Source: Candidatus Zhuqueibacterota bacterium (GTDB taxonomy: Bacteria; Zhuqueibacterota; Zhuqueibacteria; Thermofontimicrobiales; Thermofontimicrobiaceae). Taken from it: a stretch of 64,000 bases of DNA. Below the pieces are notes generated by a model. The model had not been told where the DNA came from. It saw only the letters and a list, made by a program, of their open reading frames with translations, and did not search any database. Positions 37,561 through 47,475 of this stretch are shown here, piece after piece. The stretch is from NCBI GenBank assembly GCA_049322915.1, contig JBMOPW010000001.1, positions 105,858 through 169,857 on the forward strand, given 5' to 3'. Numbering within the stretch: position 1 is the stretch's first letter; the number at the start of each line of letters is the position of its first letter. Position numbers and translations under genes: made by a program.

Positions 37561-39339
37561 ATGTCACTGAATGTCGATAAACTTGGGCAGATACTTCTGA
37601 ACAAAAGCATTGTTGATTACAACAAACTGAAAAATGCCCTTGAAGTGAAGGAAAAAGAGAGCGCCAATGGCCGAAGGAATCTCGCCCAGATTCTGGTCAA
37701 TGATTTTGCGCTGGACCCTGACAGCATTTTTGGTGAGGTGGCTGGCTTTTATGGTTTCAGGAAACTCACGATTAAAAAAGAGCAGATCGATGCTGCGCGC
37801 ATTGAATTTATCAGGGCTGTTTTCGAGCAACTGCCGGAAGTGCTTCAGGAACAGATGAAACGGGAAAAAATTCTGGTCTATAAACGGGATGAAAAATCGC
37901 CGGATAAATTTATCATCATTGGGGCGGATCCCACCAACAGAGTTACAGCGACAATTGCGCGAGCGATTGGGGCAAAAAAATATGATGTGTGTTACGTGAG
38001 CACAAAGGAAATTCAGCTCATCCTGGATCTGGTTTTCCCGCCGGAAAACGAGTTCCTGAAGACCATTGAGGAAAATCAGGTCGAAATCACCGAGGAAGAC
38101 GATGACGATGATGGCCTGGATGAGGCTGCCATTGAAGCGGAAATCAATAAAAGCGTGCTGGTGAATTTGATTGAAGGGATGCTGTTAGAAGCAGTCCGAC
38201 AGGATGCGAGCGATATTCATATCATCCCCATTGATTCCAGGACGACAGAGTTTCATTTCAGGATTGATGGCAAGCTGCGGCTGTGGCACACCCGGGAGGG
38301 ATTTCGTCCTGAGGCCATTGTGGCCGTGGCCAAAGACCGTTCGAAGAATGTCGATCGGTTCGAGCGGGAAACCGCGCAGGACGGGTTTATTCAGCGCAAA
38401 GTGGATGGCCACATGATCCGCTACCGCGTGTCCATTCTGCCAATTGTGTCGAAAGAATACCAGTACAAGCTGGAGAGCGTGGTGATTCGTGTGCTCGATG
38501 ACCGCAAGGTGATTACAGATTTTGAAAGGCTGGGTTTCCAATATAAATCCAGGGAAATGTTCATCAAAGCTATTTCCAGGCCGCAGGGAATGGTGATTGT
38601 GACTGGCCCCACCGGGAGCGGAAAATCGACCACATTAATGGCTGCGCTGAGCTATGTGATCAAGCCGGAAGTGAACGTGCTGACTGTGGAAGACCCAGTG
38701 GAGTACATCATCCAGGGCGCGCGCCAATTGAAAATTGGCCCCAAAATGGATTTCGAGCAGGCGCTTCGGTCGATACTACGGCATGACCCGGACGTGGTGA
38801 TGGTCGGCGAGATCCGAGACAAAATCACGGCGGAGATCGGCATCAAGCTGGCCAATACCGGGCATCTGACATTTTCCACGCTGCACACGAATGACGCGCC
38901 GAGCGCCATTTCACGGCTGTACAAAATGGGGCTGGAAACGTTTCTCATTGCGTATGCCATCAACATCATCATTGCGCAGCGGCTCATTCGGAGACTGTGC
39001 GATCATTGCAAACGTCCGCTTCGCAATTTCACTCCGGCACTGGCGCTGGGTCTGGGCTTCACGCAGCAGGAACTGGAACAGCTCACGTTTTATGAGGCAG
39101 TCGGTTGCGATAAATGCCACGGCGGATACAAAGGCCGGGTGGCCATTCACGAAACGTTGTATTTCAGCAAAGAAATCAGGAACATCATTTTCAAAGCCGG
39201 GCGCGAAATTGATGAAGAGCAAATACGCCAGCAGGCGATTAAAGAGGGCATGATGACGCTGCGGGGCGCCGGCCGGGAACGGGTGAAACAGGGCATTGCC
39301 ACCCTGGAAGAGATTGCTCAGGCAACCACGGATGATTAA
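37561..39339 (+). CDS. pilB: T4P assembly ATPase (PilB/GspE family)
   Basis: ASDIHI, QDG, GPTGSGKSTT, EDPVEY, LRHDPD...GEIRD, TGHL..STLHTND, CDHC...CDKC. Confidence 0.93.
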   Translation: MSLNVDKLGQILLNKSIVDYNKLKNALEVKEKESANGRRNLAQILVNDFALDPDSIFGEVAGFYGFRKLTIKKEQIDAARIEFIRAVFEQLPEVLQEQMKREKILVYKRDEKSPDKFIIIGADPTNRVTATIARAIGAKKYDVCYVSTKEIQLILDLVFPPENEFLKTIEENQVEITEEDDDDDGLDEAAIEAEINKSVLVNLIEGMLLEAVRQDASDIHIIPIDSRTTEFHFRIDGKLRLWHTREGFRPEAIVAVAKDRSKNVDRFERETAQDGFIQRKVDGHMIRYRVSILPIVSKEYQYKLESVVIRVLDDRKVITDFERLGFQYKSREMFIKAISRPQGMVIVTGPTGSGKSTTLMAALSYVIKPEVNVLTVEDPVEYIIQGARQLKIGPKMDFEQALRSILRHDPDVVMVGEIRDKITAEIGIKLANTGHLTFSTLHTNDAPSAISRLYKMGLETFLIAYAINIIIAQRLIRRLCDHCKRPLRNFTPALALGLGFTQQELEQLTFYEAVGCDKCHGGYKGRVAIHETLYFSKEIRNIIFKAGREIDEEQIRQQAIKEGMMTLRGAGRERVKQGIATLEEIAQATTDD

Positions 39340-39354
39340 CATGGTGGAAAAAGT

Positions 39355-39855
39355 ATGAATACAGGTCAGATGCTGCTCACGCTGGGCGCATTGGCGCTCC
39401 TGAGTTTGACGATACTTAACATGAATAAAGTTTTCAATCTGAACGAAGAGCTATTGAACGAGACCCGTTTCGGATTGGAAACCGTCGCGCTGGCCACCTC
39501 CATCATCGAAGAGGCGTCCCAGTTGCCGTTCGATGAGGTCAGTTGGGATTCCACCAAACTGCGGAAAGATGTATCCGATTTCACTCTGGCGGAAGATTTG
39601 GGGGCTGATGAAGATGAGACCGATTATGATTCATTCGATGATTTCGATGATTTCAATAATTATCAGATCACACAAAGCACCCTTCAAAACAATTATAGCA
39701 TTTCCTGCGAGGTGGCGTATATCGATTATTCCGACTTGGATACGCCGTTGTCCAATCGAACGTATTATAAAAAATTGACAGTGCGCATCACAAATCCATT
39801 CACCGCTGGAACGTTCGAAATGAGCTATATTCACGGTTACTGGTATTTCAACTGA
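39355..39855 (+). CDS. Minor pilin-like protein (PilV-like position)
   Basis: MNTGQMLLTLGALALL hydrophobic N-terminus, DDFDDFN, KKLTVRI. Confidence 0.6.
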   Translation: MNTGQMLLTLGALALLSLTILNMNKVFNLNEELLNETRFGLETVALATSIIEEASQLPFDEVSWDSTKLRKDVSDFTLAEDLGADEDETDYDSFDDFDDFNNYQITQSTLQNNYSISCEVAYIDYSDLDTPLSNRTYYKKLTVRITNPFTAGTFEMSYIHGYWYFN

Positions 39856-39869
39856 ATGAGGAACGCGGT

Positions 39870-40472
39870 TTGAGTACACTTTTGGACATCATTGGAGCGA
39901 CGATCATCGGCGGCATGCTGCTCATCACCGCCCTGGCGTTTCTGGATCGGACCAATCAGCACAGTTTTTCGTGCCGGGATGATTTGATTGTGCAGGAAAA
40001 TTTGACATCAACAACCGCGATACTGGAGCATGATTTGAAGAAAATGGGATATGGTATCGCCGAGTGGGAACAGGTCGTCTTCACCGCCGATTCCGACCAC
40101 ATTGTTTTTCGATCGGACATCGATCGGGATGATGTGGTGGATGTGGTTGAATATTATTCTGGTGATTGCACTGACCTGGCGAACACGCCGAATCCTGATG
40201 ACAGAATTCTTTACCGCAAAGTGAATGGGGAGCCCTCGAATGGCTTCAAAGTGGGCGTTGTGTCGCTGTTCAATTTTGACTATCTGAACCAGGATGGAAA
40301 TGAACTCGATACGTCGATTCCGGATAATTTAATCGCGATAAAAATGGTGCGTATTACCTTGAAGGTGGAAAGCTCGTTCGTCTACGGCAGCGATCCTAAC
40401 CCGGAAAAGACTGCATACCGGACCGCCTTCTGGCAACAGACGCGCCTTGTGTCTCGAAATTTAAGGAGATAG
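39870..40472 (+). CDS. Minor pilin-like protein (PilW-like position)
   Basis: MSTLLDIIGATIIGG, LEHDLKKMGY, C-terminal SRNL. Confidence 0.6.
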   Translation: MSTLLDIIGATIIGGMLLITALAFLDRTNQHSFSCRDDLIVQENLTSTTAILEHDLKKMGYGIAEWEQVVFTADSDHIVFRSDIDRDDVVDVVEYYSGDCTDLANTPNPDDRILYRKVNGEPSNGFKVGVVSLFNFDYLNQDGNELDTSIPDNLIAIKMVRITLKVESSFVYGSDPNPEKTAYRTAFWQQTRLVSRNLRR

Positions 40473-40474
40473 CC

Positions 40475-41677
40475 ATGGGCGGAAAAGCCTCGTTGATTTT
40501 AATATTTGGATTCAGTTTTCTTTTTTCAATGTATCAATTGAATATTCGCCGGGCCACCATCGAATCGGTTGAGAATTACATTAACTATTACGACAATGCC
40601 ATCGCTCATGAAATCGCCATCAGCGGAATGAACCTGGTCGCCGCAAAAGTGTACAGCGATTCGAGTTGGAGGGAGGCATTGAACACGCCTTTTCAGGAAG
40701 GCTCATTGAAGATCAATTTTGGGATTGGCACTTCGTTTCTGGAAGTGGAAGCGATCGGTGAGTACAATGGAGAGAGCGATACGGTCGTGGCGTATTTCGA
40801 GTACATTTCTTCTGGCGAGAACATATTTTTAAAATACACGATGTACACGGCCAACGAGAATGGTTCCAATTGGGCGCCAAACGATACCGTGTGGGGCGAT
40901 CTCCATACAAACGGCATTTTTAACCATCAGAACAAAAACACGATTGTGTTCTACGGAAAAGTGAGCGCCGGGATGGGCATTCACAGCAACCCGAATAAAG
41001 CCAAGACCCAATTCCTCGGCGGATATGAAGTGGGCGTATCACTGCCTGAAGTGGAAAATATGAATGAACTCATCGCCAGTTCTGTTTCGGGAGGATACCA
41101 ATTTTCGACGCCCGCGGATACGATGAAGCTCTATTTCAAGATGGATGGCAATGTTGTGGTCTATCGGAACTCAGTAGCAATTCACCCTGAACCAGGAATT
41201 GCGCTTTCCAGCCTGAGTCCGAACGGCGTAATTTATTCGTCAGGCCCGGTGGAAATTTTAGGCGGCGTGGTGAATACCAATAGCCATGGCGTGACGGTTG
41301 GTTCGGGCGATAACGTGATACTGCGCGATAATGTGTGCTATGTGGACAATCCAGAGACAAATCCGGATTCCGACGATATACTCGGAATTGTGTCCCTGAA
41401 CCATATCATTTTTGACAATCGAGTGAAATCCGATTGGTACATGCAATGCGCGTTGATGGCGATACAGGGATCTCTCACAGCTCTGGTGATGGACAAGTCC
41501 GGGCGCCTTGACTATTTCGGCAGCATGTATCAGTTGAATCGTGGCCGGGCGCTGATGTTTCAAAGTTTTCAAAAGAAATACAAGCATGATACGCGCTTTA
41601 ATGAAAAAGCGCTGCCGGGCTATCCGACCGCGGGCGAAGGAATTCCCCGACTGCGGCTTGTGAACTGGTGGGAATGA
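40475..41677 (+). CDS. Minor pilin-like protein (PilX-like N-terminus, larger C-domain)
   Basis: MGGKASLILI, A..IAISG, GDLHTNG, YKHDTRF...PGYP...WWE. Confidence 0.6.
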   Translation: MGGKASLILIFGFSFLFSMYQLNIRRATIESVENYINYYDNAIAHEIAISGMNLVAAKVYSDSSWREALNTPFQEGSLKINFGIGTSFLEVEAIGEYNGESDTVVAYFEYISSGENIFLKYTMYTANENGSNWAPNDTVWGDLHTNGIFNHQNKNTIVFYGKVSAGMGIHSNPNKAKTQFLGGYEVGVSLPEVENMNELIASSVSGGYQFSTPADTMKLYFKMDGNVVVYRNSVAIHPEPGIALSSLSPNGVIYSSGPVEILGGVVNTNSHGVTVGSGDNVILRDNVCYVDNPETNPDSDDILGIVSLNHIIFDNRVKSDWYMQCALMAIQGSLTALVMDKSGRLDYFGSMYQLNRGRALMFQSFQKKYKHDTRFNEKALPGYPTAGEGIPRLRLVNWWE

Positions 41678-41760
41678 CCCTAATGGCTCATGAACATGCT
41701 GGCGCTGAGGACATTTTCGGCAATGAATTGATAATGAATTGACAAAAGAGCGATGCGCTG

Positions 41761-42993
41761 ATGGACGAACGATTCCTGCAAAATGCGAAAGAGACCCTTT
41801 CATCCGAAGGGCGAAAAATACCGAACACGCTGAGCGGCATTGAAAAACAGCGATTCATCGGGGATGAGATCATCGAAAAAATGCCGGAAAATCAGCGACT
41901 GTCCCTGCGGCAATTGATGGAAGCATTCTTGACGCGCATGCGGGAGATCGAAGCATCGGACATCGATCTTGGAGGCCAGGCCGCCGGCGGCATGGTCTGG
42001 CTACGGATTCAAGGCTGCAAACAGCCAGCGCCGGAATTTGGCGCCTACGAGATCGAAGAATCCAATATCCTCATCCAGGCCATTCTCATGGAAGGTCAGC
42101 GCAAGGCGCTGTACCAGAATCGGAATTTCGATTTCTCGTACACTTTCAATCTGGGCGCCGATGTGGCGCGCCATCGTGCGGATGTATATTTTGACCTGGA
42201 TGCGCTGGCGCTGAACATGCGGGCAATCAACACGACGATCCGGCCCTACGAGGGATTCGGATTTCATCCCGAGGTCACTCGCATTTTCAATCTGGCGCAC
42301 ACCAAAGAGGGCCTCATTCTCATCACCGGCATCACTGGCTCCGGGAAAAGCAGCACCCTGGACGCAATCGTCGATTTGAACAATCGGTCGGTGGACGCCC
42401 ATATCATCATTATTGCATCGCCGGTGGAATTTGTGCATACCTCGAAACGGTGCATCATTCGCCATCGCGAAGTGGGGCGGGATACACTGTCGTTCAAACA
42501 GGGGACTATCGAGGCGCTGCGCCAGGATCCGGATATCATCGTCATCGGCGAGATGCGCGATCCCGACACAATTCTCTCCGGCCTGGAAGTGGCCGATAGC
42601 GGGCATAAAGTATTTTCCACGCTGCACACGTCGTCGGCTGTGGAGAGCATCGACCGAATTATCGGCGAAATTCCGCCGATTGAGCAGGAGCGAGTCCGCA
42701 ATCGTCTGGCAGATGTGCTTCGCTGCGTCGTCTCCCAAAAGCTCGTCCCAACCCTGAGTGGGAAACGAACTCTGGCCAAGGAAATTCTGGTGATGACCTC
42801 CTCGGCCCGGTCCGCGATTAAAAACAACAATACCGGCGAGATTTACCAGATGATCAGCGAGGGCTCCAAATTTGGCATGATGACCATGGAGCAGGATTTG
42901 AGGCGACTGTACCTTGAAAAGAAAATTTCTCTGGAAACAGCCAATAACTTTTCAAACAATAAATTGAGAATGAGACAGCTATTGAGTTCCTGA
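41761..42993 (+). CDS. pilT: T4P retraction ATPase (PilT/PilU family)
   Basis: GITGSGKSST, REVG.DT.SF, LRQDPD..VIGEMRD, GHKVFSTLHT, SQKLVP, GMMTMEQDL. Confidence 0.88.
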   Translation: MDERFLQNAKETLSSEGRKIPNTLSGIEKQRFIGDEIIEKMPENQRLSLRQLMEAFLTRMREIEASDIDLGGQAAGGMVWLRIQGCKQPAPEFGAYEIEESNILIQAILMEGQRKALYQNRNFDFSYTFNLGADVARHRADVYFDLDALALNMRAINTTIRPYEGFGFHPEVTRIFNLAHTKEGLILITGITGSGKSSTLDAIVDLNNRSVDAHIIIIASPVEFVHTSKRCIIRHREVGRDTLSFKQGTIEALRQDPDIIVIGEMRDPDTILSGLEVADSGHKVFSTLHTSSAVESIDRIIGEIPPIEQERVRNRLADVLRCVVSQKLVPTLSGKRTLAKEILVMTSSARSAIKNNNTGEIYQMISEGSKFGMMTMEQDLRRLYLEKKISLETANNFSNNKLRMRQLLSS

Positions 42994-43133
42994 CATTTCC
43001 CCGGAAAGGTGCGCGACGACCACGTCCCACGAGAAGGCGCTGCAGCGAGTAACTGGAAAATACGCCACTGCATTGTGGCAATGGCGCTTGCCGCGGATGA
43101 TTCAGGAAACATCAGATCTACGAAAGGTAAACT

Positions 43134-44939
43134 ATGTTCGACCTGCTGAAAGAATTGAAGAACCGCTCCAGGACGGCCAATCCAGAGCCGATTATCCTCG
43201 GGCTATACGCGGAAGGCCTCAACCTGCAGGCGGTGTGGCTGGAGAAACAGCAGTACCGTGTGCTATGGCTTGGCGCGGAAAATATTGTGTTGCCGGAACC
43301 GCTGGAATTGGCCATTGCGAATAACCCGCCGCATTCTGAAAAGCCAGCGCAGTCGGCGCCGGATGACGGTTTTTCGGAGATCCAGCAGATTGACGCCCTG
43401 TACCCGGATTTAGAGCCAGCCCATGAGCTGGATGGCATGGCAGATGCGCCGGAAGATATTACCACAGAGATTGAAGCGAACCTGGGTTCGGAACATCTGG
43501 CCGAGTCGGAAAAACATACCAACGCCTCGGTTATCCGGGGTCTGCTGAATCGGTTCCCGGACAGGAGACTGAAGATAGCGATCCCAATCGCTGAACCGCA
43601 GGTGTACTACACGCGATTCGAGTCTGATTGGGGCCTGACCAGCAAAAAATTGAGTAGAAAAATTGGTGACGAACTGCTGAAGCAAAAATCCAACAGCGAT
43701 TCCATTAAACCGGATGCAATGGACACGCTCAAGTTCGATGATGGCTCACTGCTGGTCATTACGCGCGATCCTGAAATTGGGTTGCTGTCCGTCATCGATC
43801 AGGTGCGGGGCAGCCTGGATGTTCGAATGCCGCAGATTTCAGTTGTGGAGAGTGCGGAAATTTCCATGGTTAATCTGGTGAAGGGCAACTACCCTCTGCA
43901 GGAGAAAGAAATAACCGTCATTGTCTACGTGGGCAATGAATTCAGCCGGTTGATTTTTTTGGAAGGGGAGAGGTTGAGCCACATTGCGCCCATCATTAGC
44001 GAAGGGATTGAGCTGTTTTTCCCGCGCCATGAGGCGCTGATGGAATTGGCCCAGAAAATCCGGAGTCGGTTGCTGCTGGAGCAGGATAATTTGAATATCG
44101 GTCAGATTCACCGCATCATTCTTGCCGGGAACGCTGGCAGAAAGGAGTTTCAGGAGGTGTTTCTGGAGTGGTTCGAAAAGGATGTGATCATCGCGCCGGT
44201 GGAGTTCCCCAATCTGGACATGGAGGTCGGCATTAAAACGATGGCGCACGATGTGCCGAAATACGCCATTCCGCTCGGCGCTGCCTGGCGCGCGACCGAG
44301 TCCTCAGATAATAGCGATTACCATGTGGATTTGACCCCATTCAAGATTCGCGAAGAGCAGAAGGTGCTCAAACTTGGCCCGGTCGGCTGGACCCTGTTCG
44401 CCCTCATCCCGTTGCTTACGTTTGTCTGTACACTCAAAATCAGCCAATATGGCCAGGTGTGCAGTCAAATGCAGCGCACAATCATCCAGAAAAAATCCGA
44501 ACTGACCTACCTGCAGGATGTAGCGGCCAGAGTGGATACAGAAAAACAAAAGTACGCCGGCTATGTGAATTCGTTCGGCATCATCGATTCGCTGGTCATT
44601 GGAACCTACACCTGGAGCGCGTTTTTGAGTGATGTGACGACGAGAGCGGATATCATCGGCAATATCTGGATCACAGAGATTTCCAAATTTGGTACGGGCA
44701 GAGCGACGATCAAAGGCTATGCGCTGGACAGGACGAAAATTCCGGCGTTCTCTGACCTGTTCTCCCATTGCGTTCTGAAACAGGTGCAGGTGCAGGAAAT
44801 CGATGGCAAAACCGTGTTTAGCTATGAATTGGAGACCGATGTGATTGAGCGTCGCCCATACTTTGATAAAGCGACGGTGGCGGAACCTGCGCACGAAAAA
44901 ACAGCGCAGGTTTTGGAAAGCGATAGAATTGTCCAATGA
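43134..44939 (+). CDS. PilM-like (actin-fold) domain fused via a TM to a PilN-like domain
   Basis: IVYVG..FSRLIF, IILAG, YAIPLGAA, VDLTP then TM, coiled coil and IWITEI....IKGYA. Confidence 0.65.
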   Translation: MFDLLKELKNRSRTANPEPIILGLYAEGLNLQAVWLEKQQYRVLWLGAENIVLPEPLELAIANNPPHSEKPAQSAPDDGFSEIQQIDALYPDLEPAHELDGMADAPEDITTEIEANLGSEHLAESEKHTNASVIRGLLNRFPDRRLKIAIPIAEPQVYYTRFESDWGLTSKKLSRKIGDELLKQKSNSDSIKPDAMDTLKFDDGSLLVITRDPEIGLLSVIDQVRGSLDVRMPQISVVESAEISMVNLVKGNYPLQEKEITVIVYVGNEFSRLIFLEGERLSHIAPIISEGIELFFPRHEALMELAQKIRSRLLLEQDNLNIGQIHRIILAGNAGRKEFQEVFLEWFEKDVIIAPVEFPNLDMEVGIKTMAHDVPKYAIPLGAAWRATESSDNSDYHVDLTPFKIREEQKVLKLGPVGWTLFALIPLLTFVCTLKISQYGQVCSQMQRTIIQKKSELTYLQDVAARVDTEKQKYAGYVNSFGIIDSLVIGTYTWSAFLSDVTTRADIIGNIWITEISKFGTGRATIKGYALDRTKIPAFSDLFSHCVLKQVQVQEIDGKTVFSYELETDVIERRPYFDKATVAEPAHEKTAQVLESDRIVQ

Positions 44940-45002
44940 AATCAATGCGTCGTCCCTGTACTTTGACGAAAAAATATAGATCAACCGACGAGTGGTTCAA
45001 CT

Positions 45003-45896
45003 ATGAAATACAAAATGAATTTGTCCTATAAAATGCGGAATACCTTGATCCTGTCCGCGTTTATTGTCGTGATTGCGGTTATCGGCGGATTTCTCATCCT
45101 CTACTTTTTGCCCAAAAAATCGGGCGCATTGCAGGCGGAACTGGGACGGCTGAATCAACAGATCGCCGTGTTGGACGGGATCGAGATTCAGTATGCCACA
45201 TTGCAGCGACTCATTTCCGAAGAGGAATGGAAGCTGGCGAACCTGGATAAGAGCATTGCGCCGAACGTGACTTCGTCGCAGACATACGCCTATTTGAACG
45301 CGATTGTACAGTATGCCGGCGATTTGAAATTCGATATTCTTTTCACTGAGCAGGTGACGTCAGACAGCTATGGCTACAATGTGTACCAGATCAGGGGCGA
45401 AGGATCATTTGAGGATATTTATAAATTTATCTGGTACGTCGAACGAGGGCCGAATATTTATAAAGTGAGAAATTTGAGTCTGCGGGGCGTGGAAAGCTCC
45501 CAGCATCGAGCCGGTCGGTCGAATTTGATCATCACATTTGAGATGGATCTGTGCGCCATGTTCACCGACGTGAAAAATCTGCCACAGCTCCATGGCGACC
45601 TGGCCAGTGTGGTCGTGGCTGAATTTAAAGATCCATTCAATCCGCGGGTGAAACGGAATTTGCCGCCTAACACTGAAAATTTCATTGAAGTGGAGCGCTC
45701 GGAATTAAAGGCCGTGATACCGGGCAAGGCGTTTGTCGCGGACCATTCCGGAAAGGTGCGGGTCATTCAGGTCGGCGACAGAGTGTTTTTAGGCTATGCC
45801 ACGAAAATCGATGTGGATAAAAATCAGGTTGAATTTTCATTGAATAAAAATGGTAAGGTTCAAAAGTTCGTACTAAAACTGAGCTTCAGGCAATGA
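45003..45896 (+). CDS. PilO-like protein with PilP-like C-terminal domain
   Basis: TM, coiled coil, GEGSF.DIY.FI..VE (PilO-like), then DPF.P and GDRVFLG (PilP-like). Confidence 0.65.
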   Translation: MKYKMNLSYKMRNTLILSAFIVVIAVIGGFLILYFLPKKSGALQAELGRLNQQIAVLDGIEIQYATLQRLISEEEWKLANLDKSIAPNVTSSQTYAYLNAIVQYAGDLKFDILFTEQVTSDSYGYNVYQIRGEGSFEDIYKFIWYVERGPNIYKVRNLSLRGVESSQHRAGRSNLIITFEMDLCAMFTDVKNLPQLHGDLASVVVAEFKDPFNPRVKRNLPPNTENFIEVERSELKAVIPGKAFVADHSGKVRVIQVGDRVFLGYATKIDVDKNQVEFSLNKNGKVQKFVLKLSFRQ

Positions 45897-45932
45897 CGGC
45901 TCATGCATTCTAAAATGAAAGTGAGAGATGAC

Positions 45933-47165
45933 ATGAAGCGAACATGGTGGATGCTGCTGCTTCTGCTGTTGGCGAGCGCAACCGACGAGGCATGGCCCCA
46001 GGTTAATCGTCCTCGGGAATTGATCAAAGCGCAAATAGCGCCTGAGGAGATCATTTCCATGTCCAGGACAATGCCGTTCAATCAGGCGCTGGAGATATTA
46101 AATTTTCTCAGCAAGAAGTTTTATAATAAAGTGATTATCGATCCGGAGGAGCGGGACGCACCCATCGACATCGATGTGGATAAATTGTACTGGTTCGATG
46201 CGCTGGAATTGATCCTCCGGAAAAATGGGCTCTGGTATGAGGAATTTACCGACTATCTGAAGATTAAAAACATTGAACCGGAAAAGACGCCGGAAAAGCC
46301 AGCGGTGATTGAGCCAGTGCCGGAGTCCAAGGGGGACAAATTGTTCCGAACGCGCGAGGTGGTTATTGCCGCGGTGTTTTTCGAAGCCGATGGTTCGAAA
46401 TTACGGCAATTGGGATTCAACTGGGATTTATTCCGCGGCAATGATGTGAACGCCGGCATTCGCATGTCAGCGGCGGAGACGAAAACAGGCCTGTTTGAAG
46501 TGGAAGTGGCGCCGGACATGAATTTTGGAAGTATGGTGGCTGTGTTCAAAGCGATGGAGAATGATCAGATCGGCGAGGTAGTGGCCAGCCCGCAAATCAC
46601 GGTTCGTTCGGAGCAGGAGGGGAAAATACAGGTGGGCAGCGATGTGGCGGTCACCATCAAAGATTTTGCCGGCAATTCGGTCACCCAGATGTTTTCGACC
46701 GGCTCCATCATCAAAGTGACCCCGGAAGTGCTGCAGCACGATTCCACCTGCTTCATTCACCTGGATTTAAATATCGAGCGCAGCAATACTTCCACCGGCG
46801 CCAGTGGACTTGAAATCAAAAAATCGTTCGCCAAAACGTCGGTGCTGCTGTTGGATGGGGAGGAGACGATCATTGGCGGTTTGTACGTGAATGAGGAGTC
46901 AAAAACACGGGAGGGCGTGCCGTTCCTGAAAAATTTGCCCGGCTGGTTTTTCGGATTGAAATACCTGTTTGGTTTTGAAGCCAAGAAAGTGATTAAAAAG
47001 GAATTGATCATTTTGCTTCATGCAGAACTGCTGCCGACATTACAGGAGCGGTTGAAAAAGAGAATGATGGACGAGGTGGCAGCCGATCCAGCTCAATTGA
47101 AAAATCAAATGAAATTCTGGCGAGAGATTAACAAATATCTGAAAAAGACCGATGCAATAAAATGA
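45933..47165 (+). CDS. pilQ: Secretin (PilQ/GspD family), short form
   Basis: Signal peptide, ASPQITV, GSIIKVTP, DGEETIIGGL, GVPFLK.LP....LF, KELIILL. Confidence 0.88.
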   Translation: MKRTWWMLLLLLLASATDEAWPQVNRPRELIKAQIAPEEIISMSRTMPFNQALEILNFLSKKFYNKVIIDPEERDAPIDIDVDKLYWFDALELILRKNGLWYEEFTDYLKIKNIEPEKTPEKPAVIEPVPESKGDKLFRTREVVIAAVFFEADGSKLRQLGFNWDLFRGNDVNAGIRMSAAETKTGLFEVEVAPDMNFGSMVAVFKAMENDQIGEVVASPQITVRSEQEGKIQVGSDVAVTIKDFAGNSVTQMFSTGSIIKVTPEVLQHDSTCFIHLDLNIERSNTSTGASGLEIKKSFAKTSVLLLDGEETIIGGLYVNEESKTREGVPFLKNLPGWFFGLKYLFGFEAKKVIKKELIILLHAELLPTLQERLKKRMMDEVAADPAQLKNQMKFWREINKYLKKTDAIK

Positions 47166-47475
47166 GTTGTGCCCGGCAGAGAAAAATATATTGAACCTGA
47201 AAATCTAAAATGAAAATAAGTCGTGGGCAATAACAAATTGTATGCTGGGCGTGCATCGCTTTGATTCGATGCAGTCCTGATTCATTTCGAAATCAAAATG
47301 TTGGGCTAAATTTCATAAACTCAATTTATATATATCGGTTGAATATCCGGATTTGTATGCTCTCAATAAAGGATGGCAAAACTACTTTTTCAAAGGTTTA
47401 AAACCTTTGAAAGGGCGAATTCCAACCAATATTGAAAGGTTACCCGGATTTGTACATCATAGGCTGGAGATTCCA

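Noticed and set aside
42987..43110. Short stems in the pilT-pilM spacer
   Set aside because: The stems are short and could be chance; no recognisable motif
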